In this document: piece by piece, positions 1 through 13,146 of the stretch
Layout: each line of letters opens with the position of its first letter
Numbering within the stretch: the first letter of the stretch is position 1
Assembly (NCBI RefSeq): GCF_009914755.1
Contig: NC_060947.1
Length of the DNA stretch: 64,000 bases
From: the human T2T-CHM13v2.0 reference genome, Homo sapiens
Reading direction: 5' to 3' (one strand)
The notes under the pieces: generated by a model
The model's database searches: none
Told to the model about the DNA's origin: nothing
What the model saw: only the letters and a program-made list of their open reading frames with translations
Program-made: the position numbers and the translations under genes

Positions 1-95
1 ACCATGGCACGTGTACACCTATGTAATAAACCTGCACATTCCTCACACGTAACCCAGAACTTAAAGTATAATAAAAAAAGAAAAATAATAAATAT
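1..95 (+). mobile_element. LINE-1 (L1PA-type) 3' terminus with A-rich tail; element continues left of window
   Basis: catggcacgtgtacacctatgtaataaacctgcacatt...cccagaacttaaagtataataaaaaa is the canonical primate L1 3' end. Confidence 0.9.
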
Positions 96-224
96 AAAGA
101 TGTAGTTGGAATATGATGTAATAAATTCATATTTTAAACCTGACATGGAAGTTTTTTTCTTCCTTCTTAGTGCTCTCACAAGATTTTCCTATAGTTTTCC
201 CACACTGGCTTGCTTAATAATAAT

Positions 225-480
225 TATAATAATAAGTAGCAACTACTATTTATTGACCATTCATTACATGTTGGGCATTGTATCCTTGGATTTATGGTTA
301 CTTTCTCTTTAAATTCTCACTACCTTCTTAGATAGATGCTATTATTATACCTATTAAGCTGATGAGAAAATTGAGTCTTAGAGTAGTTAAGGAAATTGCC
401 CATGGACACAGAGTTAGTACTAGAGGCAGGACTCAAATGCATATACATCTATCACCAGAGACCATACTCCTACATAGTAC
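225..480 (-). mobile_element. MIR SINE
   Basis: tatttattgacc..., gatgagaaaattgagtcttagag...ttaa...ttgcccatggacacagagttagt...gcaggactcaaa resembles the MIR core in reverse. Confidence 0.7.
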
Positions 481-498
481 CTTACTATCTATCTACAA

Positions 499-690
499 CA
501 GGAGTCAACAAACTATCATCTATGGGCAAAATCTAGCCTACTGCCTATTTTTATAAATAAAATTTTATAGCAACACAGCCACACCCATTTGTTTATATAT
601 TGTCTATAGCTGCTTTCATACTATGACATTATATGCCCACAAAGCCAAAAAATTTGCTATCTGGTTCTTTACAACTTTCCTGACCTTGAG
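499..690. mobile_element. MER58-type hAT-Charlie MITE
   Basis: caggagtcaacaaacta...aaataaaattttatagcaacacagccacacccatttgttt...cccacaaagccaaaaaattt...ctgaccttg. Confidence 0.7.
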
Positions 691-949
691 TCTATAATAT
701 ATTAAAGTATTAAATCAAACCTGGGACATCTGACTGTCTAGATTTCCTGTTTCAAATGGCCCATTTGTCCCTAGTTTTTGTTTCCTGCTTCTAAATTAGT
801 TCTATCTATATGATGAATTGATGGGATCAAATAGTCTTGGTTTAGAGACTTATCCAGAACATTTTTCATAGATTAGATAAATGTTTCTCTGGCGCTATTT
901 ATCAATACCCATACTTTCTGCATCAAACAACTCTAATAGATTGGCCAGG

Positions 950-1467
950 TATGGTTGTGGGAGACATTTGCTGTTTGCTTCCTCACCAAGCATTCTACTT
1001 TTGGCAATGGTTTCTAATTTTCATGTGGAAATCTAACTTTTTTCCCACTTTAGTCCACCTTCCTGGGTGACATTCCACCTCCAGACCTGGTACCCAGGCA
1101 TAAATAAATCATCATATGGGTTTTGCCTGGCCACTGCGACTATTCCAAGAGTGAAATGAATTTTATGACTTTTTGGGAGAGGGCTCTGATTTTTTATTTA
1201 TTGGAATGGGATATAGGAGTAGCTCTGATTGCTGATGACAGTCATCTTTCGATTAGGAGAGGAGACCCCATTTGATTAGAGTGGAGACATCCTGAGAAAA
1301 CAGAACTGATGGGTAGGGAGAAAGAAATCAAATCCTGATGATGGTTTCGTGAATCACTGAATCCAGGTGCACCTGAAGGTGTTTAGCCATGTGTGCTAAT
1401 GAAAATTTTTTTATAAAAGGAATCTTTGTAGGGTTTTCTCTCTTTTGCAACCAAAGAGTCTGATACA
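950..1467 (+). mobile_element. Old MaLR solo LTR (MLT1 family)
   Basis: Ends in the MLT1-like terminus gggttttctctcttttgcaaccaaagagtctgataca. Confidence 0.6.
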
Positions 1468-1904
1468 TTGATTTTCGCTATCAAAACTACAATATTTTTA
1501 GCCGAATTGCTTGTAGCAACTTGAGTAGTGACAGCAAAAAGTTGTTGGATCCTAGTAACAGAAACAAAGTTCCCACATTGTAGTAGTGGTATTAGGCAAA
1601 AACTGTCAGTATTATGCACTCTGCCCCACTTTTAATCCTTTAATACAGAAATTCTCAGCTTTACTGCCAGGAGAAGCTTTTCAGAGTCTTCTGGATTCAT
1701 GAGTTTTTGTTTGGCCCACTGGGGATACAAGCTGACCCTGTGTAGGCCAATCACCCTCCAAAAGGATTACAGGCTTCTGCTCCAAAGTCCTGTCATTACT
1801 TAATAAACAAATGTAAGATGGCTGCATAGGGTTTGTGGGGCAAGTTGTGGCCCAGGATCTTTCTCATGATCAACACCTGAACCTTTGCCAAGTACATGGC
1901 AAGA

Positions 1905-2125
1905 TAGCAAGATATAGTGGTTAAGGGTGGGGAACTCTGCAGTCAGACTGCCTTCGTTCAAATGCTGGCTCTACCTCTCACTTACCACATAACCATTTGC
2001 CATGTCCTTAACCTGTCTGTTCCTCAGTTTCCTATTCTGTATAGAGCTGTTATGAAGACTAAATGAATTAATATTTATGCAAACTTAAAATAGTGCCTGG
2101 CACACAATAAGCACCATGTGTTTGT
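1905..2125 (+). mobile_element. MIR SINE
   Basis: tagtggttaag...cagactgcc..gttcaaatgctggctctacc...cctcagtttcct...tagtgcctggcacacaataagcac. Confidence 0.8.
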
Positions 2126-2959
2126 TATATTAAAAAATTAATAAAAGGCATACGAAAGTTCTACAGACATTTTAAAGATATATGCAGAGGTTCTGTCAAA
2201 ATATACATGGTCCCACGCCATATAACATATGATGGAAATAATAACACAGATATCTTTGGATAAGAAATGATGTTTAACTTGATACTCAGAATAAGTTATT
2301 CTTGTCAAACTCTCAATCCCATTACATGGATTCTTCTTTTATCTCTTGGGACTTATTGTAGACATGGTCTTGCTTGGAGACTACATATGGATAGAAGTCA
2401 ATATGAACATATAAATGTCTCTCCCTTTCTCAACCAGGGATGCATTTCTGTTTCTCTCCCTTTACCCCAAAAGACATGAATCTCAATTTCAGAGATGTGC
2501 TTTTGCTTCATTTTAGCACCTAGGAAGGACTAGGTTGAAGATTCTTAAATTTCTTCTGATGTCACCCATGTTTCTTGCGCTCCTTTAAGCCCATGACAAT
2601 CCCAACTCAAATAATCTTTGAACACTTAGATAACCCTGGGCCTAGCACTATGCCACAAAATATAAGGGATGCAAAGAAGTGAAACGCAAGGTCTTGAGAC
2701 TTGAAAATCTTACAATATGATTACGAAGACAAGAAGGAAACAAAGCAAACAATGCAAGGAAATAACTGGTTTTGTTTCTAAACTTTCAAGGTCATCAAGG
2801 TCCCCTGTGAGACTTTGCTCAGTTCCCAGGCTATGCAGCCCTTGGCTCTCCTGTAGGGGTCTCTTGTCCTCCCATATTCAGGCCTGCATTAACCAATACT
2901 GACCACAGAAAGAAGAGGTTTAAAGAAATCTATCCTAATGCCACAACTCCTTCAACATT

Positions 2960-3102
2960 TTAGCTGGTTGTACAATTTGTGGGAACAAAGACAAAGTAAA
3001 GATATGGAGCCTCTAGTTTAAAAAGCAGGGGGAGAAAAGTATCATTAAAGGTACTACATAATTTGTTTCTCATGTAGTCTCACTCTTATCCTATCATAGT
3101 AA
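2960..3102. mobile_element. MER45-family (hAT-Tip100) element, left part
   Basis: gctggttgtacaatttgtggg...atggagcctctagtttaaaaa resembles one MER45 terminus; continues at 6482. Confidence 0.55.
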
Positions 3103-6100
3103 GAGATTTTTTTCCATTAAAAAAAAATTCAAACCTACAGAAACCCTGAAAGAAAGTGTGGTGTAAACCTGGTATACATTTGTATTAGTTTCCTGTGGCT
3201 GTTGCAACAAATTACTACAAATTTGATGGCTTACAAGAACAGAAATTTATTTTTTCACTGTTCTGGAGGCTGTAAGTCTGAGATTAAAGTGGTGGTAGAG
3301 CCAAGCTCCCTATAAGAAAGAAGTATCTTTCTTTTCCTCTTCCAGCTTCTGATGACTCCTGGCATTCCTTGGATTGTGGCAGTAAAACTCTAATCTCTGC
3401 TTCTGTCTCTACATGGCCTTATTCTTTGTGCCTCTGTGTCCTCTAATTCTAAGGACACAGGTCATTGGATTTAGCCACCCTAAATCCAGTATAATATCAT
3501 CTTGAAATCCTTAATTTAAATATATGTACAAAGACTGTACTGTCCAAATAAGTTCACATTCACAGATACCAGGAATTAGGACTTGGAAATATCTTTTGGG
3601 GGGCGTTGAGGCAGGGGACACTCTTCAACCCACTACAACCCTTTAGCTAGATTCACCAATTTTTAATATTTTGCAAGATTTTTTTTTTGCTTTCTCTGTC
3701 TCTACCATTCTCTCTCTCTCTCCCTCTCTCTCTTTCTCTGAAAATTGCAAATATCATGGCACTTCAACTCTAAATATTTCAACAGGCACCTCTAAACATA
3801 AGGGATTTTTCCACATGATACTTGGGAAATTTAACATTAATACAACAGTATCATCTGCTATTCACTTCATATTTTATTTTTCCATTTCTCCTAAAATTGT
3901 CTTTAATAATTTTGTTTATGATTCAGGATTCAGTTGAAGTCCACCTACAGCATTTGGGTTGTGAAGTCTCTTTAGTTTATTTTAATCTTGATTAGTCTCC
4001 TGCTATTTTTGTTGCTAGTTTGATTTTCATGACATTGATAGTTTCCAAAAGCTCAGGTCTATTCCATAATGTATAATATTCCACATTCTGGAATTTTCTG
4101 ATAGTTTCTTCATGATTATATTCAAGTTAAATGTTTTGAAAAAGGTCACTACATAGGTAATGCCCAGATTGTTCGTTTGTCCCTATATTGCTGATTCTGG
4201 GTTTGATCCCATGGTTAAGTCATGAATCTATCAGATCTCTACATTGTAAATGTATCCTTTTTCTTTAACAGTTAAAATTAAACGTGGGGTGATACCCTGA
4301 GACCTTTTGACTATCTATCCTAACAACTCTTTACCCAATGGCTTTAACCTCCAGTAATGATCTATGCTTATACTTGCTATTACACTGGGGTGATGTAAAA
4401 TGATAACTTACTAATTCTACCATTCTTTCTACATTTATTAGCTGACATTCTTCCATAAAGAAGAAGGGCTTCCTCTCTTCTTCTCTCTTTCTTTACTATT
4501 ATTGTAGAATTAATAATTATTTTACTATCCAATGCAATATTATTTTCCTTCCTGACATTCCAAGATGTTCTTTTATCATTTTCTCTCTGTTTCAATAACT
4601 TCTTGAAACAGAAAAGTTCTATTATGGTGGGTCTATTAACAACAAGTTTTCTTTGTTTGTCTTCATCTAAGAATTTTGATTTCCCTTTCATTCCCGAAAG
4701 ATAATTTTGCTGGATATGGGACTTATGGTTGATAGCTTATTATCATTAGTCAATAAGTCTTATGCCACTTCCCTCTGGCCCCATGATTTCTGATGAAAAA
4801 TCTGCTGTCATTTGATTTTTTCCCCACTCTAGGTAAACTGTTGATTGTCTCTTACTGATTTCAATATTTTTTCTGCCTTTCATTTTCGAAAGTTTGACTA
4901 CGGTGTCTCTTGGAGTGAATCCCTTTGGGTTTATCCTGTTTGGGATTGCTAAACTTCTTGAATATGTACTGTAATATTCTTGCCAAATTTAGAAAGTTTC
5001 AGTCATTATTTCCTTGAGTATATTTTCAGTTCTGCCTCTTTCCATTCTCTGAGACTCCAGTAACATGGATATTAGATCTTTTGCTATAGTCTCACAAGTC
5101 CCTGAGGCTCTGTTCAGTTTTTAAATTCTGTTTTCTCTCTGTTGTTCAGGTTGGTTAATTGCTATTGTTCTATCTTCCAGTTCTTTGATTATTTCCTCTG
5201 TCCCTTCCGTTGTGCTACTGAGCCCATCCATTGAGTTTTTAAAAAATATTTGGGTTATTATATTTTTTAATTCAAAAATTTCCATCTGATTATCCTTTAC
5301 ATTTTCTATGTCTTTGCTTAGGCTTCCTTCACTATTTCTATTTTTTCATTTTTATATTTATAATTGCTTATTAGTGCATTTTTATTATGGCTATTTTAAA
5401 ATTCTTGTCAGATAATTCTTACACATCTATCAACTTGGTATTGTTGATCCGTCTTCTTATTGAATTTGAGATTTTCCAGTTTCTTGGCATAAGAGGTGAT
5501 TCTTTTTTTTACTATATTCTGGACATTTTGGGTATTACATTAGGCAACCCTGGGTCTATTTAAGCCTTCTGTTTTAGCAGGCCTCCTCTGATGCTGCAAC
5601 AGTAGAGAAGAGGGGTGCTTTCATGTTACTGTACAATGGGGGTAAAAGTCCAGGTTTCCCCTTTGCTCCTCTGATACCTTGTAGGAGAAGAGTGCCTCAT
5701 TACTGCTGCGCATGAGTGGGAGTTTAGGCTTCCCACTAAACTTCCACTGCTACTACCCTGGTTGAGAAGAGGAGGAGTGCCTTGTACTCTTCCTATATGG
5801 TCTTCACTGATACTGAGAGGTGAGGGAGAAACTTCATAACCACTGAGCAGTGGTGAAATTCCTGGCTTGCCACTTGGCTGTCTCTGACACCACCTCACTG
5901 GGAAGGGAGGAGGACTGTCTTATTATCATTGGTTTGAAGTGCAAGTCCAGGCTTCCCGCGGAGGTTCATTACCTTATTTGGCCCTCTCCGACACCATCCC
6001 AGCAGGTGGGCAATTAGGTATCTGGTGAGGTTGGAGGACACACTGCCCATTCCACCTTTGCTGGCATGGGAGGATGGGACCACAGTTTTGTTCTATGGTG

Positions 6101-6481
6101 TGTGGCTGGAGTAGAGCATTAATTGTCTAAAAGTTTTCTGTCTTGCTAGGCTGCTTCTTTTCTAGTCCTTTGGCTAGAGAGAGTAGGGTTTTTTGTTCGG
6201 ACTTTTTGTGTCTGCGCCCATTGGTGTTTCGGGGTTATTGTTACTGAGTTGGCATTTTCTCTAGCAGCCAGTCCAGGATATATAAGGCAAAAAGGAAACC
6301 CAGGGAACTAACTGCCACATAGTTCCTCAGGTCCTGAGATCCCTAATTGGTCTGCAGTCTTCTTTCACCTTTCAGAGTCGTAAAAAAATTAAAAATATAA
6401 TATACAAGATTGTTAGCTGACCTTATTGGGAAGAATAGGGAAAAATGCATCTATTCCATCTTTATCCAGAACTGAAGTCCA
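3103..6481 (-). mobile_element. Ancient mammalian L1 (L1MC/L1ME-like; 3' end, ORF1-region remnant and 5' UTR) inserted in MER45
   Basis: Antisense ORF1-region text ~4550-5560; degenerate aagtccaggcttccc 5'UTR sub-repeats 5580-6080; 5' end ...tccatctttatccagaactgaagtc; candidate TSD ctatcatagta (3091-3101) / ctgtcatggta (6482-6492). Confidence 0.65.
3181..3637 (-). mobile_element. MLT1C-like MaLR solo LTR nested in the L1
   Basis: tgtattagtttcctgtggctgttgcaacaaattactacaa...ctcttcaacccactaca; TG...CA ends. Confidence 0.85.
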
Positions 6482-7215
6482 CTGTCATGGTATTTTTTTC
6501 TATTCTATTTAATATCATGCTTTCTTGGGCATGGGAATAAATGCCAGGTGAATGAAAACCTTCTCACAGTGCTTAGGGACCCAGTCCCATGAGGTTTCTC
6601 CTCCCACCAGCCACCAGGCTGACATGCTGTGCCATATCTGGGGACAGAAAAGTCTAACTTCTCTTCCCACAATCCTGCCATCCCAACCCACAGTGAATGG
6701 GTAATCCCAAGGGATTGCAAACTTCCATAGTGGGACACACTTCGTACCTGGATTGAGGAAGGTAGGAGGTTTACTCCCACCAAATCACCTGCCAAATGTG
6801 CCATGAAGCTGCCACATTGGAGTGGCATGCCCTTGTCTAGGACACTGCTGAACACATGCCCCGTCTCTGACTCTAGGCATGTCTGTGCCAGGCCCCCACT
6901 GGGGATGGAGAAAGACAGTAGTCATTAAGCAGGGGTGGGGAAGGAAAGGCCAGGTGGGGCCTGGGGCACTAGAAAGCAGAGGAACCCTTTCCAGGGAGGT
7001 AGAGAGGTGGCAGGAGATGAGAGCACATGTAAGCCACGGCTGTAGCCCACCAGCACATTCTTCATTGTGCCATCAGGCTTATTTTAGAAAACACAAGCTC
7101 AGAAGTAAAATTAAGAATTTCAGGACAGCAACTGCAAAGCATTAAACATCAAACATGGGACTCTTCTGAGTGTGGTGCCAAGTGAGACTGCACTGGTTGC
7201 ATGCCCATGAAGCCA
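6482..7215. mobile_element. MER45-family element, right part
   Basis: attaagaatttcaggacagcaactgcaaagcattaaac...ttctgagtgtgg...gactgcactggttgcatgcccatgaagcc resembles the other MER45 terminus. Confidence 0.7.
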
Positions 7216-7699
7216 ATCTTATTTACAACCCATCCAGTGGATATTTGTTCTCAAGGAAACCTCCAGCAAAAGTATGTTTTCAGCTTCATCCAGTGGCTTT
7301 CTTTCACCGTAATTCTGTAATACCATTTTCATTCACAGACCTTTTTGATACATGAAGTTAGGAAACTAAACAGTAGCCCCTAGAAATATCAGCATATGTC
7401 AAGATTCTTCTTGGCTTCTCCTAAAGTTCATCTTAGTTTTGTTTAATTGCTGTCTACTTAAAAACACTGATATCCATTAAAGCATCTCACTATGTTTTGT
7501 AACAAGAGAAAATGAGATGGTGGCCAAGGAAGAACCTTGTCCCCCAGAATCCCTTTCTCCACTCCCGAAATTCTAGTTAGCATGTCATTCCTTTACATTG
7601 AATCCAGTGACCTCTAGGTAAATGCAAATGCCCCTGGTAAAGGCCCACATTAAGCTATATCATTTATTTAAGTGTGGATGACTAGAATGTGCATGCAAA

Positions 7700-7905
7700 C
7701 ATTTCTTAAGAAAACGGATCTTATATCAAGTGTTCTTACCACAAAAAAGGGACATAGGAAAGTTTTAGAGGTTATGAATATGTCTATTACCATAATTGTA
7801 GTGATGATTTCACAGTTACATGCCTATATCCAAACTCATCAAATTGTATACATTAAATATGTGCAGTTTTTGTATATCAATTATACATTAATAAAGCTGT
7901 TTCTC
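7700..7905 (+). mobile_element. L1MB/MC 3' end fragment
   Basis: aaactcatcaaattgtatacattaaatatgtgcagttttt...aataaagctgttt. Confidence 0.75.
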
Positions 7906-8959
7906 AAAGCTTATTTTTATATCATGTTAATTTTACTTCAATAATTTTTTAAAGCAAAAGAAAATTAAGAAATGTATCACCTCATGTGGGATTGGGGTGT
8001 TGGTCAGACAAAGCATACAGAAAGAGGAGACAAGAGTTGAGGAAAGCAAACTCCCCGCTTCCTGGGTTTTGCTGTTGGCTTTGAGTACCTAGAGGCTTGA
8101 CCTTTAATTAGGATCCCAGATTTTGTGCTGATTGCTGCCGAATTGACAAGGGTTTGGATGCTGCCCCCACAGCCATCTTTCACTGGCTGTCTATCCCATT
8201 TATCCTCCTGAGGAGAGTGTTAAATAAATCAATGGAAATAGCCAAGTCCAGACATGCTGGGAGCCTCTGTACAGTGGCGTTTTATTAATATAAGCAATGA
8301 GATTTCTAAAATACAGTACATTATTCCCAGGCTAACGTATCCGTTTCTCAGCCCAATTCAGTGGTGAATCAGGAAAAATGGTTGCCAGCTTTTGAATGCC
8401 CTTTTTATTATCTGTGCCTATAAAAGACTGAAACTCTGGCCTTTAGACTTTCTAGTCCTTTAGATTTGAATCTAAGCACAATCTCTTAGCAATTTAGACT
8501 TGTTGAAACAAGCATTTTGAAATACCACCCCAGTGGCAATTTCTTTCTTCAGGAAAGAAAGAAATGCACTATGTATTTGTCACAGGTGAGAATTTTAATA
8601 GAGCTACTATTCATTTGGAAAATGTAGACAGATTAATTTGGAATCACCCCAAGGCTGGTATACTTACCACATATATCATGCCATTTTTGATATATGGCAC
8701 TGATTAACACCCAGATGCCTTGAGATGCAGGCAGTGGAGAGTGTGAGGTAAGGCAGAGCTTGACATCTGTGTCCCTGCCATGAGCTTCAGTTTTGGGGTG
8801 AGAGGTTAAAATTAAAGCAATTAATGCACATTGAGAGCTGACTATGTACCAGGCATGGTGGGAATGCAGAAATGGCTGAGACACAGCCCCTGTGTTCAAG
8901 TGGCTTAAACATGGCAGGAAAGATGTGTCCTCTGGTGATGATGATAGCTATGATGAAGA

Positions 8960-9195
8960 TGACAATAGCTACCTTTAACAAGTGCTTACTATTTGCCCAG
9001 GACTGTGCTTAGTGTTGTACAGGCATTATCTCATTTACACCCTGTAAGAACCCTATGAGATATGTACTATTATGTCCAATTTGTAGATCCAGAAACAGAG
9101 GCTCAGAGCCAGTAAGCAATAGGACTGGGTTCACATAGTCAAGAATCACACTCAGGTTTCCCTGAGTCTGAATCCTCTCGTTGTAACCACTGTGA
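8960..9195 (-). mobile_element. MIR SINE
   Basis: ttatctcatttacaccctgtaagaaccctatgaga...gaaacagaggctcagag. Confidence 0.75.
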
Positions 9196-9554
9196 CATAA
9201 ATAATTGAACCACAACACAGAGGGAAAGTAAGATCCAATATGTGTAAAATCTGGGTGAGATCTCCAAAGGTCAACCAGTTCAACTGTTTCTCAAACTGGA
9301 GGAAATGGGAAGAGTTGGAGGCCAACTAGAGATTCTAAAATCAAAGACTGCCAGATGGCCGTGATGAGGAAGCCACTGCAGGGAGCAAAGCAAGCTAGCC
9401 TTTCTGAAATCATGTTTCCAGTGCCCTCTCCAAGTCATCTTCTCCCACCAACAAGGAGATTGGAATCCACATGAAACACTGGCTGATGTCAACACTGTCG
9501 GAAAAATAAAACTTCAGCTTCGAATTTGGCAAACAAGACCTTCCACCTCACTTA

Positions 9555-10000
9555 TATCTATTCTTTGAGCATTTTTTATTAACCAACTGTAGGCAAAACA
9601 CTGTGCTAGGCATGTGGGGGACTATAGCGATGCATAAGACATGGCCCCTATACTTAGAGAGATTATTTTCTAAGGCAGGGATCAACACACTTTTTTCTGT
9701 AATTACCCACATAGTAAATGATATAGGCTTTGCTGGATGTATGGTCTCTGTCACAGCTACTCAACCCTGGTATTGTGGTGTGAAATTAGACATAGACAAC
9801 ACATAAATGAGCCAATAGAATTTTATTTACAAAATAGGCAATGAGCGGGATTAGACTTCTGGGCCAGAATGAAGGTGTGAATAGGTACCCTGGGAATGTA
9901 GAAAAATTAAGAATTGGTTTAAATTGGGGAAATCAAGTTGGTCTTCCTGGAGGAGGTGGCACATGACCTAGCAAAGGAAGAAAAGGACAATTCAGGGAAT
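9555..10000 (-). mobile_element. L2 LINE remnant interrupted by MER58
   Basis: gcattttttatt...actgtgctaggcatgtgggg...aagacatggccccta; resumes ...cttcctggaggaggtggcac. Confidence 0.5.
9674..9868. mobile_element. MER58-type MITE (opposite orientation to the 499-690 copy)
   Basis: cagggatcaacacacttttttctgtaa...atagtaaat..tataggctttg...ggtctctgtcacagctactcaac...ttttatttacaaaataggc. Confidence 0.75.
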
Positions 10001-10019
10001 AGCAGGGTATTATTACTAC

Positions 10020-10200
10020 TACTACTCTTAATCATATGCCGAGTGCTTCTCTAGGTACTTTATATTCATGAAGGCACTGAATCTTCACAACTCTCTGAGG
10101 TAGGTATTGTTATTATTGTCATTATATGGAAGAGGAAACTAAGACTCAGAGTCATACAGCTAGGTAAATAGTTGAATGGCCAAACTGCTGGTGCAGATAG
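10020..10200 (-). mobile_element. MIR SINE
   Basis: aatcttcacaactctctgaggtaggtattgttatt...gaagaggaaactaagactcagag. Confidence 0.7.
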
Positions 10201-10206
10201 ATATAG

Positions 10207-10239
<33 letters not shown>
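10207..10239. repeat. (GT)n microsatellite
   Basis: About 15-16 GT/TG units. Confidence 0.95.
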
Positions 10240-10241
<2 letters not shown>

Positions 10242-11019
10242 GGTGAAAAGGTGGAAAGTAAATCATGAGAACAATAAACAAAGACTACAAAATAGTTACC
10301 TCTTGCAGCAAGGAAGTGCATAAAGGGATAAGACAGATTAGGATAAAACAGATCTAAGTTTGTTGGTAATGTACTTTGTTCATTGAGTGGTAGATTAACA
10401 GGTGTGTTTATCATATTGGGTTTATAAATACATAAACAAGGCCATTTAGGAGCCAGAGATAATAGTGTATTATGAACCCAGGAGTATAAATATTCCAACT
10501 GTGTACACCAGATGTAAAAAGAGAGTGACAAGAAAGAAAGGGAGAAAGGGATAGGAAAAGAGACAGAAAAGATTGGAGAATTGGAAAGACTTAGAAGATA
10601 GTTATTTAATTTACAATGCTCCTCACTCACCCTTGGCCCCTAACAACTCTGTACCAACTCTACTTGTCCTACACAGTCACCCCAAGAGTAGTAGTATCAG
10701 AGGCTCATCTGGGTTTCATGTTCTCGGGAGGGCATTGTGCCTTTAGGAATTGGCATTAACTCCAAGAGGCTTCAGGTATGGGGCAAGGCGGAGGAGCAGG
10801 AGTGGGTTCTCCCAGGCTGATTGTATTAGCACGTACTTCCTCTTTCCTCCCACCATCATTAAGACGAGGTCCAGGAAGGGTGGATAGTAACGTGACTTTC
10901 TATGGTCTCCCACCTCCACCTTTCTTTTCCCCTTCTTTGCACTCTTGGCTTATCTTTAAAAAATCATAATTATCTGATTCCTTGTGGAGAAACAAAGGAG
11001 ACATTGAGGAATTATCTTT

Positions 11020-11262
11020 TGTGTTAGAAACAATCCAATTTTATGCTTTTAATTATTTAAAAATTTACAATTAAATTATTATTGACTAAAGTCACCCTGA
11101 TGTGCTATCAAATACTAGGTCTTAGTCATTCATTCTAACTATTTTTTGTACATATTAATCATTCTCATCTCCTCTCCAGCCTCCCACTACCCTTCCCAAT
11201 CTCTGGTAAACATTCTTCTACTCTCTATGTCCATGGGTTCGATTTTTTTAATTTTTAGATCT
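11020..11262 (-). mobile_element. L1MA 3' fragment
   Basis: aaacaatccaattttatgc...gtcaccctgatgtgctatcaaatactaggtctta...ctctggtaaac..tcttctactctctat. Confidence 0.75.
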
Positions 11263-12274
11263 GCTACTAAAAAAAAAATGCTAACTGTGTGCATATGTGG
11301 GTGTGTGTGTGAGAGAGAGAGAGACAGACAGACAGAGACACAGAGAAGTGGAGATATACCAGGGGATAGAAAACACAAGATAGGAAAGTATGGGGGATGC
11401 TATGCTACAAGGGATGGGAACAGGAATCTTTTAAAAGAGAGAGAGAAAAGGAAGACAGGGAACTGTAGAGACACTATGGGGAACAGTTTTCTATTTTCCT
11501 TCTTTCTTTTTTTTTTTAAAAAAATCTTGTTCCCATCTCCTTTAGCATGGCACCACCCAGACCTCTCTGTCTTGGGTTTTCTATCCCCTGGTGTACGTCC
11601 ATCTCTCTCTTTCTCTCTCTCTCCACACTTTTTAGCAGCAGAACATCTCCATTCTCCGTATTTCCTTTCCTCTTCCCAGTCCCTAGCTTCTCTCATTCAA
11701 ATTAAAGTGAATGGAAGCCCATTCCCTTAGACTACTAATATGAGCTGGGAGAGGTGGAGCAGCCAGTCTAGGAACTACTTCTACTGGAATCTTTAGGTGA
11801 TTATATTTTAGCAACAGGCACACAAGTAGATGTGTAGGTATGTGTGTCAAAGCCATATTGTGGGTGGAGACTGCTGGACTGATAGTGCTCCCCTAGGCTT
11901 GGCTTATCACTAGGCTCAAAATGGTGGATCTGGAGCCCATTCCAGGCCAAATTAGGCCATTGAAGAGATTTCCCTGAGATAGAGGCAGGCAGCCAGTAAG
12001 CCAAAACAAAGGGCAAATTAATTCCCAAGGAAATGATGGCAGAGTAGACCATTTTTATGGCGAGGCTGGGGCAGGTCAGCCAGCTCTGCAAGGGAGAGCA
12101 GCTGGTAGAGAGGGAATACATGCAGCCACCCTTGGTCAGCATAAGAGCCAGGCCTGAAAATGGCTTGGTTTCTAAATAAAGTATGTTTGACCCTGTAGCT
12201 ATAGCTCTCGCATTTAGGAATTCCATGGCATGTGCGCACTAATTGAGCACTGATCATGCAAATTAGAGGATTAT

Positions 12275-12662
12275 TATATTAGTCTAAAATTTTAATTGCT
12301 GTAACAAACAACCTCAACATTTTAGGGATTTAACATAGTAAAATGTTTATTCCTCATTCACATCATAGTCCAATCAGGTGGTCGACAAGAAACCTCCCAC
12401 ATAGTAACTCTGGTGTCCAATCTCCTCCAATCATTTTCTAGGGCCTTGGTATTTTTTACTCCACTTTCTGCATCCAAACTGGAGACCAATGCAAAGAGGA
12501 CCTCAGGGGAGATTTTATGAGCCCAACCTGGAAATCACGCACATCCCTTCCACCCACATCCCAAAGGCCAGTATGTAGTTACATGCCCCTACCTAACTGC
12601 AATGTAGAATACCAAAGGGAAAAACATGGATGATGGTGGAAAATTAGCAAGTCTCTGACACA
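12275..12662 (-). mobile_element. Old MaLR LTR (MLT1I/J/K-like)
   Basis: tatattagtc...gctgtaacaaacaacctcaac...atcccttccacccacatccc..aggccag...tagcaagtctctgacaca. Confidence 0.6.
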
Positions 12663-13146
12663 GAGATATAACACAGGAGACTGCACATGTGTGTACATGT
12701 ATGTGCATGTGTATTTTTAAGCAGCAAGTTCACAATGACACAGAATGGAAGTGGGAGCCACAGAAAGTGTTAGTAATTGACAGATTCAGGATTTTAAAAG
12801 AATAAATTTCACTATGTACATTTAAGGTATACAACACAATGTTTTGAAATACATATAGATAGTTAAAAGCTTACTATAGTGAAACAAATTAACCTATCCA
12901 TCATCTCACATAGTTACCCATTATTTTGTGGGAGTTTTTTTGGCAAGAGCAACTAAAATCTATTCATTTTACGTAATTCTTAAATACAGTGCAATTTTTT
13001 TTTACCTGTAGTCTTCATGATGTACAATAGATCTCCAGACTTGTTCATTCTATATATCTCCTACATTGTTTCCTCTGGTCCACACCTCTCCATTTCCTCT
13101 TCAACCCTACCCTAGTAACCACTGCTTTGTTCCCTATCTCTGTATA

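Noticed and set aside
5580-6080. Degenerate ~70-100 bp repeats (aagtccaggcttccc)
   Set aside because: Explained as 5'UTR sub-repeats of an ancient L1
11146-11730. 194-aa ORF
   Set aside because: Non-ATG start; spans an L1 fragment, microsatellites and low-complexity sequence
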